A stretch of DNA of 61,952 nt from Geosiphon pyriformis uo1 (GCA_016748015.1 JAAOMT010000510.1:1-61952); one strand, 5' to 3'; counted from the first letter of the stretch, positions 48,068-61,952 are shown. The notes: a model not told the origin generated them from the sequence alone. Numbers and translations: made by a program.

Positions 48068-48084
48068 CTAACCCTAACCCTAAC
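48068..48084 (-). repeat. Short telomeric repeat at contig end
   Basis: CTAACCCTAACCCTAAC running into a gap. Confidence 0.75.
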
Positions 48085-48302
48085 NNNNNNNNNNNNNNNN
48101 NNNNATCTATAATAATATTTTTAATTTGCCAAAATATTAGAAAAAATACTAAATTATTAATAATATTACAATAAATAATATAAAAAAAAGCTTTTTTTTT
48201 TAAGAAAATATATTTTTTATTAGATATTTTATTTTAAAATTAACAATTAGTTAATATAAATCTATTTAATAAAGTTATTTTAAAAACATAAATTTTTAAT
48301 TA

Positions 48303-51300
48303 TTTTTTTTTTTTATTAAGCAATTAATGAGTAAAGTCCAATTGCTATCTAATATATAGAACCAAACTAAGTAGAATACACTAAACACAGTTTACAGATT
48401 TTCTACATATAGCCAGCCATTTGGGCCAGACAAAGCAACACTATGTATCTATGCTAACAAAAACATCATCACCTAAACCAGAAAAAAAACAACACATTCT
48501 GCATCTACCAAAACTGACAGCAAAAGATTCTATAATACTAAGCAAACAAATCATTTTATCTGATAACATAAACCCTAAACAATAAGACAAGTCTGAAACC
48601 ACACTACTATTCTTAACCAAACCAGTCTTTTCTATGTCCACTCTATGCTTGAACTTAATAAGTTACATCTTAGTATGAAACAATTCAACCACAAACTTAA
48701 CATATTCAATAATAGCTAAAGCAGTCTTTCTTTTCCCTTTAAAGACTAATGCAGTCTTAGCATACTAATCTTTCAACACAAAACTCTTGCATATAGTAGT
48801 AAACAGACCTATATTCAATAAATACATTGAAAGTAAATGCAAGATGGCCAATGTAGGTAAGCAAAAGAAACTAGCTAATAATACCCATCTTTTAGCAGCA
48901 TTAGCCAGAATATTTTTATGAAGTTCAACATTATCAGAACAAGCAAAAACATGATTAGACAATTTTATTTTATCATATAGCAAGCACAGTATCTTAGAAT
49001 AGTCTTTATTATATAACTTTTTCCTGACTGCTATAAGCAACTGTCTATGTATTGCTTTTATCAAATAAATATACATATTGGCTGAGCTTCTGCTAGTAAA
49101 TTCAGAAAGCATTAAGAGTTAGAATGCCAGATCTTTGGAGTAATATTCTAATCTATTTCCCTAATTATAATATCTGAAACAACATCAAAACCAGAATTGG
49201 TCTTTTTAATTTAAATTTTTTTTTATTGCTTTATGAATGAGGTTCAAACACAATCTAATGCTATATATCAAAGAAATGACCTAAACTAGATGTGAATTAT
49301 GCATTTTTCACATGTAACCAGCCACTTAGGCTGATCAGAACAACACTATGCAGCTATATAAACTGAGACTAAGTCACTTATGCCTGAAAAAAATAAACAA
49401 GATTTGTGAAAGCCAAAATGAACACCAAAAGAATCAGCAATGCCAAGCAATTTGACCACTTTAGCTGACAACCCTGAAGCCAAACCAGAAACTGAGATGA
49501 GAACCAAACCATCAAGAGGAATCAACTCATTCTTCTCTATGTAAGCACAATGTTTGGCACAAACTGACCAGATATCACTTCTAAAAGCAAGACTAAGTGA
49601 GTGCACAAATTTGACAATCTCCAAATCAGCAACCTTGGGATCATGAAAAATAGTGACCACTTCACAAAACCAATCATTAAAAACGAAACTCTTATAGAGT
49701 GCCATAAACAAAAAGGAGTCAAAAACACATAAAGACAATAGTTGTAGTATGCCCAAAAAAGAATGAAAAAAACCAGAAACTGCCTTCCAGGAGTCCACAT
49801 GAGATTCCAACAACTAACATCAAACAGAATCATCAATCTTACAAAAAAACACATGATTCAAAGCTTCCACATTACCACAATATAAGCACAACACACTAGG
49901 ATATGATCTATTATAAAAGCACTTCCAAACAGAAACTGGCAGCCAATAGTACAAAGCCTTCATGAAATAAGTATGTGCATTAGCTAAGGGTCTACTGGTA
50001 AAACCAGCAGTTATGTGCAAGTCAGAGTGCCAAACCAAAGATAAATGGAACCAGTTAACCTCAGAAAGCAAACTGCTTACCAAAAATCTGAAACCAGAAC
50101 CAACCTCCCAGCATGTATGACAAACTGAATGATAAATATCATGGACAAAACGTCTGAAATTGCCAGAAAGCACACTACCATCAGTCCTTATGAAGTGTTC
50201 ACCCAAGTGAGAAGAAAAATACTAATTAGAGAGAGAAGTATCACCAGCAATTGCATCAGTGTGCTTATTTCCTGAAACACCAGAGTGGCCTTTAATCTTA
50301 TACCAGCTGACCTTTAAATCCTTACTGCAAATAACATTGGTAATATAATAATGTTTGACCCAACACTGATTACAAAAGTCAAAATACACCAGACCCAATT
50401 TTGACTTACAAGCATTTAAAGCAGATTAACTATCTGAAAACAAATTAACAGAGCACAGAGAAGGAACACACTCCAAAGCCAATGCTATAGTCTGCAACTC
50501 CACCAAAGTGGATAATATTAAACCTGACACACCAACACTCAAGCCCAAATCAATGTTCTTGAAAAAGGCAGCAGCACCAGTTCTATAGCCAATTGAGCCC
50601 AGATTACTAAGAAGTCTATCTGTATATACCAACAAACTGTTAGCACCAATTTGCAAGAAATGATTATGAACAGAAACAAAATTCTAAGATTCAAGAATGT
50701 TCAAAGAACCAACACTATCCAAAACTAAGAGACAAGTGGGAGATAGACTTCTACCATTTAAAAACACAACAGAAAGCTCAAACTATTTAAGAACAGGGCC
50801 ATGAGAGTCCAATCTCTTTCAATGCTTAAAAGTGTACTAATCAAAAACAGAACCACAATAATTACAAAGTTGATTTACAAAAGCAATACCATATCATCAA
50901 AGAAAAGGAAAAAACCTGAGAAACTATAACTTGTCCAAAACAACAGACATAGGGACCCCACCATGAAATTGAAAGGGATTGGCCAAAGAGCCACCCAAGA
51001 ACAAATCACAATCAAAAAGAATGTGAACCATGCCTGCCAGAAAGTTATCAGAAGCATTAACATGAATATGCACAGAAGAATTCAATAGATGAACAAAGTA
51101 CCAGCACAGAACCTATAAGTCATAAGACCTGTAAGAGAACAAATGACCCAGGATGCCACCAAAGTTTGCAAAACTAATGAGGAAGACCACTTTGCTCTCA
51201 GACTAAACCTGAACAAAAAACTTTAAACCATAAAAAGAAAGGTAATAAATTGTATCACTAAGAAAATTGAGAGGTAGGCTGGATTTGAACTTCAAGCCCT

Positions 51301-51753
51301 TACAAATTAAAGCATCCCACTTGTTGCACATACCAATGAGAACAAAGCTGAACTGTGTTCTATAACTAACTATAGAATAAAGAACTGCTGACATCAAATA
51401 TAAGAACTGCTTATCTGAAACAGCTTTTTTCAAGACTAGATTGGTAAAAAAACGAACGTCTGAATTTACCTTCACTAAACTAGGCTTTAATAGACCTTCA
51501 ATTAATAGAAAAATACCCAAATATTGATGAGATTTACCCTTTTTGGCAATGAAGATTGGCAAGCCATTGATAGAAAGAGAAGGAATACTGACTCTGCTAT
51601 TGATGGGAATGGCCACTGTTTTGTTATTATTGATAGAAATATCATTTATCTGAAAAAATTCACTTGCAATATTAAAAATATATTGAGTAGCTGCCTAATT
51701 ACAGCCAACTCAAATTGTATCATCAACAAAAGCACCAGCAGCAAAAAAAAAAA
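48303..51753 (-). mobile_element. Duplicate of LINE delta 3' end (48303-49202) plus LINE alpha 3' half (49203-51753)
   Basis: Near-identical to 41052-44480, including the alpha/delta junction and AT-rich flank. Confidence 0.9.
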
Positions 51754-51773
51754 NNNNNNNNNNNNNNNNNNNN

Positions 51774-54217
51774 AATCTAATGTTCACTTCCTTAACTGCC
51801 AGAGATTCAGCAAGCTTAGATGCACAATATGACTTCTTAATACCAGAGAGAGTAAAATGAACACAATTAGAGTCTGTACCAGAGTCAATGAGATCCTAAA
51901 TAACTGAGGCTTTAATATCATCCAAAGAGTCCTAGCACTTTATAAGAGAGACAAAACTGACACTACTTTCTTCACAAAAGGCCTTAATAATTTTCAAAAC
52001 CAAAAGTTCTAACCTGTGAAACCTCGAAGAAACTTTGGTGAACACACTGTCAAAATTCTTGAACCACTTCTTTCTAAATATCTCATTTGCCGAAAGCATT
52101 ATAATCTTGTGTAAAACATTCTATATAGCATTTAGGTCTGAGAGCTTAATAGTAGTAGCAACCTTATTGGAGAACATTCTAATATTGACTGACATGGCAT
52201 TTTTTAAATTTTCTCACTTATTGACATCAGCACTCTTGAAATCAAACTTCCACCAATCTCTATTCACTTGCTTGTGAAGAGAGTTCAACTGCACATCCAA
52301 AAGCCCACCCAAGTCTACAGATACAGAAACAGCCCAATGATCAGTATTAAAAAATTTCCCAATATCACACATATTGCAATCCACCACAGCATTAACTAAG
52401 TTTGAGAAGACAAACAAAAAGTTGATTGTTTTAGCCACACCATGAGAGTTGGCCCAAGTAGGAGTTTTAACAAAAAAACTTCCACCAAAGAAGTTGACCA
52501 AACCAAAATCAAAGCATTTTTTGAAACTGGCACACTTATGAGAACCATTTTTATTGAAGTTGCCACCCAAAACAACAAAAAAAGATTCATTTACAGCTTT
52601 AGCAATTATAGAGTTGATCTCACCAGCTTGGGAGAACTGAACTGACAAAGAAGCACTAGCATAGAGCCCCAAANNNNNNNNNNNNNNNNNNNNGATTCAA
52701 AGCTTCCACATTACCACAATATAAGCACAACACACTAGGATATGATCTATTATAAAAGCACTTCCAAACAGAAACTGGCAGCCAATAGTACAAAGCTTTC
52801 ATGAAATAAGTATGTGCATTAGTTAAGGGTCTACTGGTAAAACCAGCAGTTATGTACAAGTCAGGGTGCCAAACCAAAGATAAATAGAACCAGTTAACCT
52901 CAAAAAGCAAACTGCTTACCAAAAATCTGAAACCAGAACCAACCTCCCAGCATGTATGACAAACTGAATAATAAATATCATGGACAAAACGTCTGAAATT
53001 GCCAGAAAGCACACTACCATCAGTCCTTATGAAGTGTTCACCCAAGTGAGAAGAAAAATACTAATTAGAGAGAGAAGTATCACCAGCAATTGCATCAGTG
53101 TGCTTATTTCCTGAAATACCAGAGTGGCCTTTAATTTTATACCAGCTGACCTTTAAATCCTTACTGCAAATAACATTGGTAATATAATAATGTTTGACCC
53201 AACACTGATTACAAAAGTCAAAATACACCAGACCCAATTTTGACTTACAAGCATTTAAAGCAGATTGACTATCTGAAAACAAATTAACAGAGCACAGAAA
53301 AGGAACACACTCCAGAGCCAATGCTATAGTCTGCAACTCCACCAAAATGGATAACATTAAACCAGACACACCAACACCCAAGCCCAAATCAATGTTCTTG
53401 AAAAAGGCAGCAGCACCAGTTTTATAGCCAATTGAGCCCAGATTACTAAGAGGTCTATCTGTATATACCAACAAACTGTCAGCACCAATTTGCAAGAAAT
53501 AATTATGAACAGAAACAAAATCCTGAGATTCAAGAATGTTCAAAGAACCAACACTATCCAAAACTAAGAGACAAGTGGGAGATAGACTTCTACCATTTAG
53601 AAACACAACAGAAAGCTCAAACTATTTAAGAACAGGACCACGAGAGTCCAATTTCTTTCAATACTTAAAAGTGTACTAATCAAAAACAGAACCACAATAA
53701 TTACAAAGTTGATTCACAAAAGCAATACCATATCATCAAAGAGAAGGGAAAAACCTGAGAAACTGTAACTTGTCCAAAACAACAGACATAGGGACCCCAC
53801 CATGAAATTGAAAGAGATTGGCCAAAGAGCCACCCAAGAACAAATCACAATCAAAAAGAATGTGAACCATGCCTGCCAGAAAGTTATCAGAAGCACTAAC
53901 ATGAATATGCACAGAAGAATTCAATAGATGAACAGAGTACCAACACAGAACCTATAAGTCATAGGACCTGTAAGAGAACAAATGACCCAGGATGCCACCA
54001 AAGTTTGCAAAACTAATGAGGAAGACCACTTTGCTCTCAGACTAAACCTGAACAAAAAACTTTAAACCATAAAAAGAAGGGTAATAAATTGTATCACTAA
54101 GAAAATTGAGAGGTAGGCTGGATTTGAACTTCAAGCCCTTACAAATTAAAGCATCCCACTTGTTGCACATACCAATGAGAACAAAGCTGAACTGTGTTCT
54201 ATAACTAACTATAGAAT
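51774..54217 (-). pseudogene. Further LINE alpha ORF2 fragments (APE region 51774-52673; RNase H region 52694-54217)
   Basis: Near-identical to parts of 41950-46597. Confidence 0.88.
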
Positions 54218-54237
54218 NNNNNNNNNNNNNNNNNNNN

Positions 54238-54862
54238 TTTTTTTCACAGCAATCAACTTGTCACCAATAGTCTTGTCAGGCAAGACAGAAATTCCAATAT
54301 TCAACGCAAATAACTTAACAAGATCAAAATTATGCTTTTCTGATATATGTAATCTAACAGAGTGTAATTTTTTGGAGTCTGCAAACTTAAGAGACTGGAA
54401 AGCCACCATATTATCATTATTGCTTAAAACATTAAACAAAGGAGTTTTTGGGAGTTAACCAAGCACATATGTACAAGTGTGTGTTTTTCTGGAAGTAGTG
54501 TTATTCTCCATGTCATTGACCACAGAAGTGTCTGAGTTGGCATAACTAATTTCTTCAATGATAGTATTTTTTATATTCTCTAAGTCTGACAGACCACTCA
54601 TGCTACTTGCCTTACTTTCCATTTCACTGCCCCAAGATTTTGAAAACTCACCATTAGTGTCACCAATATTGGTCAGACCCAGTGGGCTAGTAAACAAATC
54701 AACTATTTTGATATTAACTTTGGAATTCTTAGACTTCTTGTAAGATGCACTATGAGAGTACACACTATTAATCTTCTTTTTTTTTGCATCAGACCAGATT
54801 TTCAGACTAGCAAAAATAGATTCAGAGCCATCAGCAACAGAACTTGTCAGTTCTATGTTCAT
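54238..54862 (-). pseudogene. LINE alpha ORF1 5' end
   Basis: ATG at 54862 (MNIELTSS); duplicate of 58710-59334. Confidence 0.8.
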
Positions 54863-55327
54863 GAATAAAGATACGTTTGAAGAAATAGTTAAAAATATAA
54901 AGAAAAAAGAGAGTGGAAAAAAACTTTTTCTTCAGCAATATCTCACTTTCATTGTAACTAGAGGATTAATAAGAGAAAGATATATATTTTTTTTTTAATT
55001 ATTACTACTTTGAATTTATTTATTTTAAATTAATATTTTGAAATTATTGGTTATTAATTTTAATAATTATTAATATTTTTAGGTCTAAATTTGAAATAAT
55101 TTTCTTTAATTTATTTTTTTATTTTTTTCTTTAGTTTATATTTTTATATTTTTATTTTATATTATTTAAGTAACTTATAATTAAAATTTTTGTAAAAGAA
55201 TTAATTTTTATAATAAAATAATTACATATTATTTAGAAAATTTACAAATAAGATTTTTTTATAAAAGAATTAACTTTTACTACAAAATAATTACACAAAA
55301 TAATTGGNNNNNNNNNNNNNNNNNNNN

Positions 55328-58300
55328 CAAAAAACTAAATAAACTTGCTACACATCTTGATTCTGACCAAACTTTTCTCAAGATATTCCCAGCTGACTGA
55401 ATCATATGCTTTCTGCATATCCTACAAAACCAGTCAGAGCTCCCGATTTTTTTCCAACACATCCTCAATCACTGATCTAACTGCAAAAATAGAAGACTGA
55501 ATCATCATGCCTTTTAAAACCAAAAAATTGTTCTCACAAAAAACACTAAAAGTGCTGCATGTCAAAAAAATTCTATTAGAGAATATTTTGGAAAAGATTT
55601 TATGAGCTGTTTCGATCAAAGTGATAGGACAGGTATTCATAAAAACACTTTCCTATTCATGTGGTTTAGGAATTATTAAGACCCAAGTCTCTTTCCAAGC
55701 TCTGAGCACTGATTCGCAAGAAAGACACAAGTTTAAAAGTACCAAAAGCATATTCAAAATTGACTTGTCACAATGTTTCCAAAGCTCATTTGTAATACTC
55801 GAGAGATCAGCAGCTTTGCCATCAGGCAGATCAGAAATCACATCAAGCAGCTTATTAAACTTGACTGAATGCATCACACCAGAAAAAACTTTATCAAAAA
55901 CATAATTCAATGGTCAATATTGACAAGACCAGACATTAGAAACATCAGCAATCACACTACACTTCCTGGTCCATCTTTTCATAATAATGTCTACTTTAAA
56001 TTTAACCAAATCAGGCTCTAAAATAAGTTCGTCATTAACAACCAAGTGGTTCAGAACCATTTTGCAGAAAGGATGCTTCAAAACACTCCTAATAGTATGA
56101 CTCTTATTCATCTCGAAGCTTTCTATTCTTCTATCTATAACAAATTTAATGTTCACTTCCTTAACTGCCAGAGATTCAGCAAGCTTAGATGCACAATATG
56201 ACTTCTTAATACCAGAGAGAGTAAAATGAACACAATTAGAGTCCGTACCAGAGTCAATGAGATCCTAAATAACTGAGGCTTTGATATCATCCAAAGAGTC
56301 CCAGCACTTTATAAGAGAGACAAAACTGACACTACTTTCTTCACAAAAGGCCTTAATAATTTTCAAAACCAAAAGTTCCAACCTGTGAAACCTCAAAGAA
56401 ACTTTGGTGAACACACTGTCAAAATTCTTGAACCACTTCTTTCTAAATATCTCATTTGCCGAAAGCATTATAATCCTGTGTAAAACATTCTATATGGCAT
56501 CTAGGTCTGAGAGCTTGATAGTAGTAGCAACCTTATTGGAGAACATTCTAGTATTGACTGACATGGCATTTTTAAAATTTTCTCACTTATTGACATCAGC
56601 ACCCTTGAAATCAAACTTCCACCAATCTCTATTCGCTTGTTTGTGAAGAGAGTTCAACTGCACATCCAAAAGCCCACCCAAGCCCACAGATACAGAAACA
56701 GCCCAATGATCAGTATTAAAGAATTTCCCAATACCACACATATTGCAATCCACCACAGCATTAACTAAGTTTGAGAAGACAAACAGAAAGTTGATTGTTT
56801 TAGCCACACCATGAGAGTTGGCCCAAGTAGGAGTTTTAACAAAAAAACTTCCACCAAAGAAGTTGACCAAACCAAAATCAAAGCATTTTTTGAAACTGGC
56901 ACACTTATGAGAACCATTTTTATTGAAGTTGCCACCCAAAACAACAAAAAAAGATTCATTTACAGCTTTAGCAATTATAGAGTTGATCTCACCAGCTTGG
57001 GAGAACTGAATTGACAAAGAAGCACCAGCATAGAGCCCCAAAATTGAAACAGAAAGTTTGTTTTTAAAAAGTAGTCTGACAGAAAGGAGCTGATCAAAAA
57101 CCTTAGAAATTTTACACACATGATGAGCCAGAGAAATGTCCATAATAATGGCGATACCAGAACCTAAATTACCAGAATTCACACCAGAAGTAAAAACCCA
57201 GACACCATCAAATCTATTAGCAATTCATGGACAAACCTTACCCTGTAACTTGGTCTCAGTAATAATTAAAATCAAATTGCTCATATTCTTGTGCCAACAA
57301 ATAATATTTTCCTGTTTTGTAGGATTATTTATATTTCAAACATTACAAATAGCAATTTTCCAAACTAGACTGATCATTGAGATGAATGAGAAGCTAATGA
57401 ATCCAAACTAGAACACAAAGAGTCCAATCTTGCCAAAACTGAACTGACCAAAACTTCCAGAGCCATCATCTTTGATTCCAAACCATCTATCTTGGTGATA
57501 AACACCTTTGAACTGTTCAGACTTAATTCAGGAATAGCTTTATTAACCAATAGAAAAGAAGAAAAAGAGGGCACCACCACACTATCAACAACTATATCTG
57601 AATTCAAAGCTGAATCCAAGAGAGAAGCAACAAAAAGGGGGGAGCACAAGGTAATGATAACATCAGCATCAAATTTACAAGACTCAATTTTTTTAAAATA
57701 TCTGAAACCTGATCTGACAAAAGCTCCAAGGAGTGCTTCAAAGAAGCCAAATGGTTGGCTAAACCAGAATTATCAATAGGGTTGAAAGCCATTACTAAGG
57801 ATTTTGTACTTAAAAGCAAACTAGCATCAAAAGAAGCCAACAAAAACACACAAAAAGAAAAGCCATCCACAACTTGAGCCCAAGTTTTTTTACCAAAAGA
57901 TACTGGGCAGGCAACTGGAGTCTGCTTCTTCTTATAAATATTAGCCAAACAGACCTGATTTTGGGAAGACACTATCTACTTATAACAAATTCCAGAATTC
58001 CCACCAACTGAACACACATCAAAAATATGACCAAATTGTTTACACTTGGCACAGCAAGCCAAAGAAAAACCAGCCCAGTGCAAATTAACACCCTTATAAA
58101 CTGGAACAAAACCAATAACAGCCAATTTAGATGCCTTATTATCAAAACAGATCACTGCACATCTATTACAAACATATGAACCAGGATTATGGCCAATAAA
58201 ACAAGTTTTCTCACCATAAGAATTTACCAAATTCAACAAATTATGGGCAGTGGTGCCAACTGGAAGTGTGTACAACAAAGCCCGATAATAATTTCTGGCT

Positions 58301-59334
58301 ATTCACAATTCCCTGTTATTTAACGCCAATACAACATGAACAGAATTTTTACTTACAAGAACTGATCATTTAGAAGCAACCAAGCTAGCCACATCTGATG
58401 ACTCAAATTTCACTAAAGCTTTTTGCCAAAGCCCAATCAGTTGTATCTTAATTGAAATCACCTGACTAAACTTAGAAAATACTAATTTAATTACCGATCT
58501 GAAAAGATCTACTGGGATCTTCTTGACTATTATTTCTCAATCTAAACGGCTGTTTGGTTTCCTAATATCAACATTTACCAGAATTTTTTTACTGATTACT
58601 ATTTCTTTGGTCTTGATCAAACTTAACTCGGACGTAAAAGAAGATCTAATAATGTCTGGGAGTTTTAAAGGAGCAGATGCACTCCCAAAACCATCGACCC
58701 AATAGAAAATTTTTTTCACAGCAATCAACTTGTCACCAATAGTCTTGTTAAGCAAAACAGAAATTCCAATATCCAATGCAAATGACTTAACAAGATCAAA
58801 ATTATGCTTTTCTGATACATGTGATCTGACAGAGTGTAATTTTTTGGAGTCTGTAAACTTAAGAAACTGGAAAGCCACCATATCATCATTATTGCTTAAA
58901 ACATTAAACAAAAGAGTTTTTGGAAGTTGACCAAGCACATATGTACGAGTGTGTGTTTTTCTGGAAGTAGTGTCATTCTCCATGTTATTGACCACAGAAG
59001 TGTCTGAGTTGGCATAACTAATTTCTTCAGTGATGGTATTTTTTATGTTCTTTAAGTCTGACAGACCACTCATGCTACTTGCCTTACTTTCTATTTCACT
59101 GCTCCAAGATTTCGAAAACTTACCATTAGTGTCACCAATATTGGTCAGATCCAGTGGGCCAGTAAACAAATCAACTATTTTGATATCAACTTTGGGATTC
59201 TTAGACTTCTTGTAAGATGCACTATGAGAGTACACACTATTAATCTTTTTTTTTTTTGCATCAAACCAGATTTCCAGACCAGCAAAAATAGATCCAGAGC
59301 CATCAACAACAGAACTTGTCAGTTTTATGTTTAT
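55328..59334 (-). mobile_element. LINE alpha 5' half: complete degenerate ORF1 (57374-59334) and ORF2 APE to RT start (55328-57377)
   Basis: CAKCKQFGHIFDVC knuckle; ATGA ORF1/ORF2 overlap at 57374-57377; APE and RT motifs. Confidence 0.9.
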
Positions 59335-59935
59335 GAATAAAGATACGTTTGAAGAAATAGTTGAAAATATAAAGAGAAAAGAGAGTAGAAAAAAACTTTT
59401 TCTTCAGCAATATCTCACTTTCGTTGTAACTGGAGGATTAATAAGAGAAAGATATATTTCTTTTTTTTAATTATTACTACTTTGAATTTATTTATTTTAA
59501 ATTAATATTTTGAAATTATTGGTTATTAATTTTAATAATTATTAATATTTTTAGATCTAAATTTGAAATAATTTTCTTTAATTTATTTTTTTATTTTTTT
59601 CTTTAGTTTATATTTTTATATTTTTATTTTATATTATTTAAGTAACTTATAATTAAAATTTTTGTAAAAGAATTAATTTTTATAATAAAATAATTACATA
59701 TTATTTANNNNNNNNNNNNNNNNNNNNAATACAATAATTATTAAAGAAACAATTATATTATATAGGCATACGGCAGGGTTAAAAACTCTGATTATCATTA
59801 TAATTTAACAAAGGCGAGTTTGTTACCTAAATAGTAAATTTATACTGATAAATCAAAGATCTGAAACGTCATTGACACGAACCAAACATATATTAGGCCA
59901 TATCTTCCCAAACCATAACAAACACACAAAACACC

Positions 59936-60094
59936 ATGGCGAGCGTTGAAGATATTAAACGTCAATTAGAGGTGTCTACGACCGAGTATAGGAGATGCGT
60001 GGAGGAGCTGAAGGAGAAGGGTGAGAAGCTAGAAAAGTTAATGGAGGCTGAGAAGGAAGATGAGTTACGTGAAAAGGAAGATGAGTTACGTGAA
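59936..60094 (+). CDS. N-terminus of a probable host coiled-coil protein (truncated by gap)
   Basis: ACCATGG start context after an AC-rich leader; higher GC with CpGs retained; E/K-rich helix with a 21-bp repeat (EKEDELR)x2. Confidence 0.5.
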
Positions 60095-60114
60095 NNNNNN
60101 NNNNNNNNNNNNNN

Positions 60115-61636
60115 AAGCAAACTAGCATCAAAAGAAGCCAACAAAAACACACAAAAAGAAAAGCCATCCACAACTTGAGCCCAAGTTTTTTTACCAAAAG
60201 ATACTGGGCAGGCAACTGGAGTCTGCTTTTTCTTATAAATATTAGCCAAACAGACCTGATCTTGGGAAGACACTATCTACTTATAACAAATTCCAGAATT
60301 CCCACCAACTGAACACACATCAGAAATATGACCAAATTGTTTATACTTGGCACAGCAAGCCAAAGAAAAACCAGTCCAGTGCAAATTAACACCCTTATAA
60401 ACTGGAACAAAACCAATAACAGCCAATTTAGATGCTTTATTATCAAAACAGATCACTGCACATCTATTACAAACATATGAACCAGGATTATGGCCAATAA
60501 AACAAGTTTTCTCACCATAAGAATTTACCAAATTCAACAAATTATGGGCAGTGGTGCCAACTGGAAGTGTGTACAACAAAGCCCGATGATAATTTCTGGC
60601 TATTCACAATTCCCTGTTATTTAATGCCAATACAACATGAACAGAATTTTTACTTACAAGAACTGATTATTTAGAAGCAACCAAGCTAGCCACATCTGAT
60701 GACTCAAATTTCACTAAAGCTTTTTGCCAAAGCCCAATCAGTTGTATCTTAATTGAAATCACCTGACTAAACTTAGAAAATACTAATTTAATTACTGATC
60801 TGAAAAGATCCACTGGGATCTTCTTGACTATTATTTCTCAATCTAAACGGCTGTTTGGTTTCCTAATATCAACATTTACCAGAATTTTTTTACTGATCAC
60901 CATTTCCTTGGTCTTGATCAAACTTAACTCAGACGTAAAAAAAGATCTAATAATGTCTGGGAGTTTTAAAGAAGCAGATGCATTCCCAAAACCATTGACC
61001 CAATAGAAGATTTTTTTCACAGCAATCAACTTGTCACCAATAGTCTTGTCAGGCAAAACAAAAATTCCAATATCCAACGCAAATAACTTAACAAGATCAA
61101 AATTACGCTTTTCTGATACATGTAATCTGACAGAGTGTAATTTTTTGGAGTCTGTAAACTTAAGAAACTGGAAAGCCACCATATCATCATTATTGCTTAA
61201 AACATTAAACAAAAGAGTTTTTGGAAGTTGACCAAGCACATATGTACGAGTGTGTGTTTTTCTGGAAGTAGTGTCATTCTCCATGTCATTGACTACAGAA
61301 GTGTCCGAGTTGGCATAACTAATTTCTTCAGTGATGGTATTTTTTATGTTCTCTAAGTCTGACAGACCACTCATGCTACTTGCCTTACTTTCCATTTCAC
61401 TGCCCCAAGATTTCAAAAACTTACCATTAGTGTCACCAATATTGGTCAGACCCAGTGGGCCAGTAAACAAATCAACTACTTTGATATCAACTTTGGGATT
61501 CTTAGGCTTCTTGTAAGATGCACTATGAGAGTACACACTATTAATCTTCTTTTTTTTTTGCATCAGACCAGATTTCCAGACCAGCAAAAATAGATTCAGA
61601 GCTATTAGCAACAGAACTTGCCAGTTCTATGTTCAT
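60115..61636 (-). pseudogene. LINE alpha ORF1 (third 5'-end copy)
   Basis: Near-identical to 57814-59334; same upstream AT-rich flank. Confidence 0.88.
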
Positions 61637-61952
61637 AAATAAAGATACATTTGAAAAAATAGTTGAAAATATAAAGAGAAAAGAGAGTAAAAAAAAACTT
61701 TTTCTTTAGCAATATCTCACTTTCGTTGTAACTAGAGGATTAATAAGAGAAAGATATATTTCTTTTTTTTAATTATTACTACTTTGAATTTATTTATTTT
61801 AAATTAATATTTTGAAATTATTGGTTATTAATTTTAATAATTATTAATATTTTTAGGTCTAAATTTGAAATAATTTTCTTTAATTTATTTTTTTATTTTT
61901 TTCTTTAGTTTATATTTTTATATTTTTATTTTATATTATTTAAGTAACTTAT

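Noticed and set aside
36878-48084. Interstitial telomeres or chromosome fusion implied by mid-scaffold position
   Set aside because: Each array ends at a gap and contig order is unreliable; no head-to-head repeat junction is seen.

Overview
This is a eukaryotic, AT-rich and almost entirely repetitive scaffold, broken into about 27 contigs by fixed 20-N gaps. It is most likely a subtelomeric region of a Glomeromycotina fungus; the repeat families recall Geosiphon pyriformis, but this is inference and was not searched. Contents: (1) Two divergent Ty3/Gypsy LTR-retrotransposon families, A on + and B on -. Both encode one Gag(CCHC)-protease-[~200 aa Cys-rich insert]-dUTPase frame, which in B continues into RT-RNaseH. 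Family B has 982-bp LTRs, a PBS, a PPT and a 4-bp TSD, its integrase lies in a separate frame, and an extra ~240-aa ORF3 sits before the 3' LTR. (2) At least four L1-like non-LTR families (ORF1 RRM-like/CCHC; ORF2 APE-RT-RNaseH-Cys motif), in several near-identical copies that share flanks. (3) Telomeric arrays mixing TTAGGG, ATAGGG and ATATTTATAGGG units, added directly onto a broken LINE ORF1, plus a ~950-bp unit bracketed by telomeric repeat. (4) One short, apparently unmutated host-like coiled-coil ORF fragment. Nearly all TE ORFs are pseudogenised by dense C>T/G>A transitions. Best candidates for something new: the Gypsy lineage with the Zn-rich insert, dUTPase, separate integrase and ORF3, and the composite telomere repeats. 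Contig order across gaps is unreliable.
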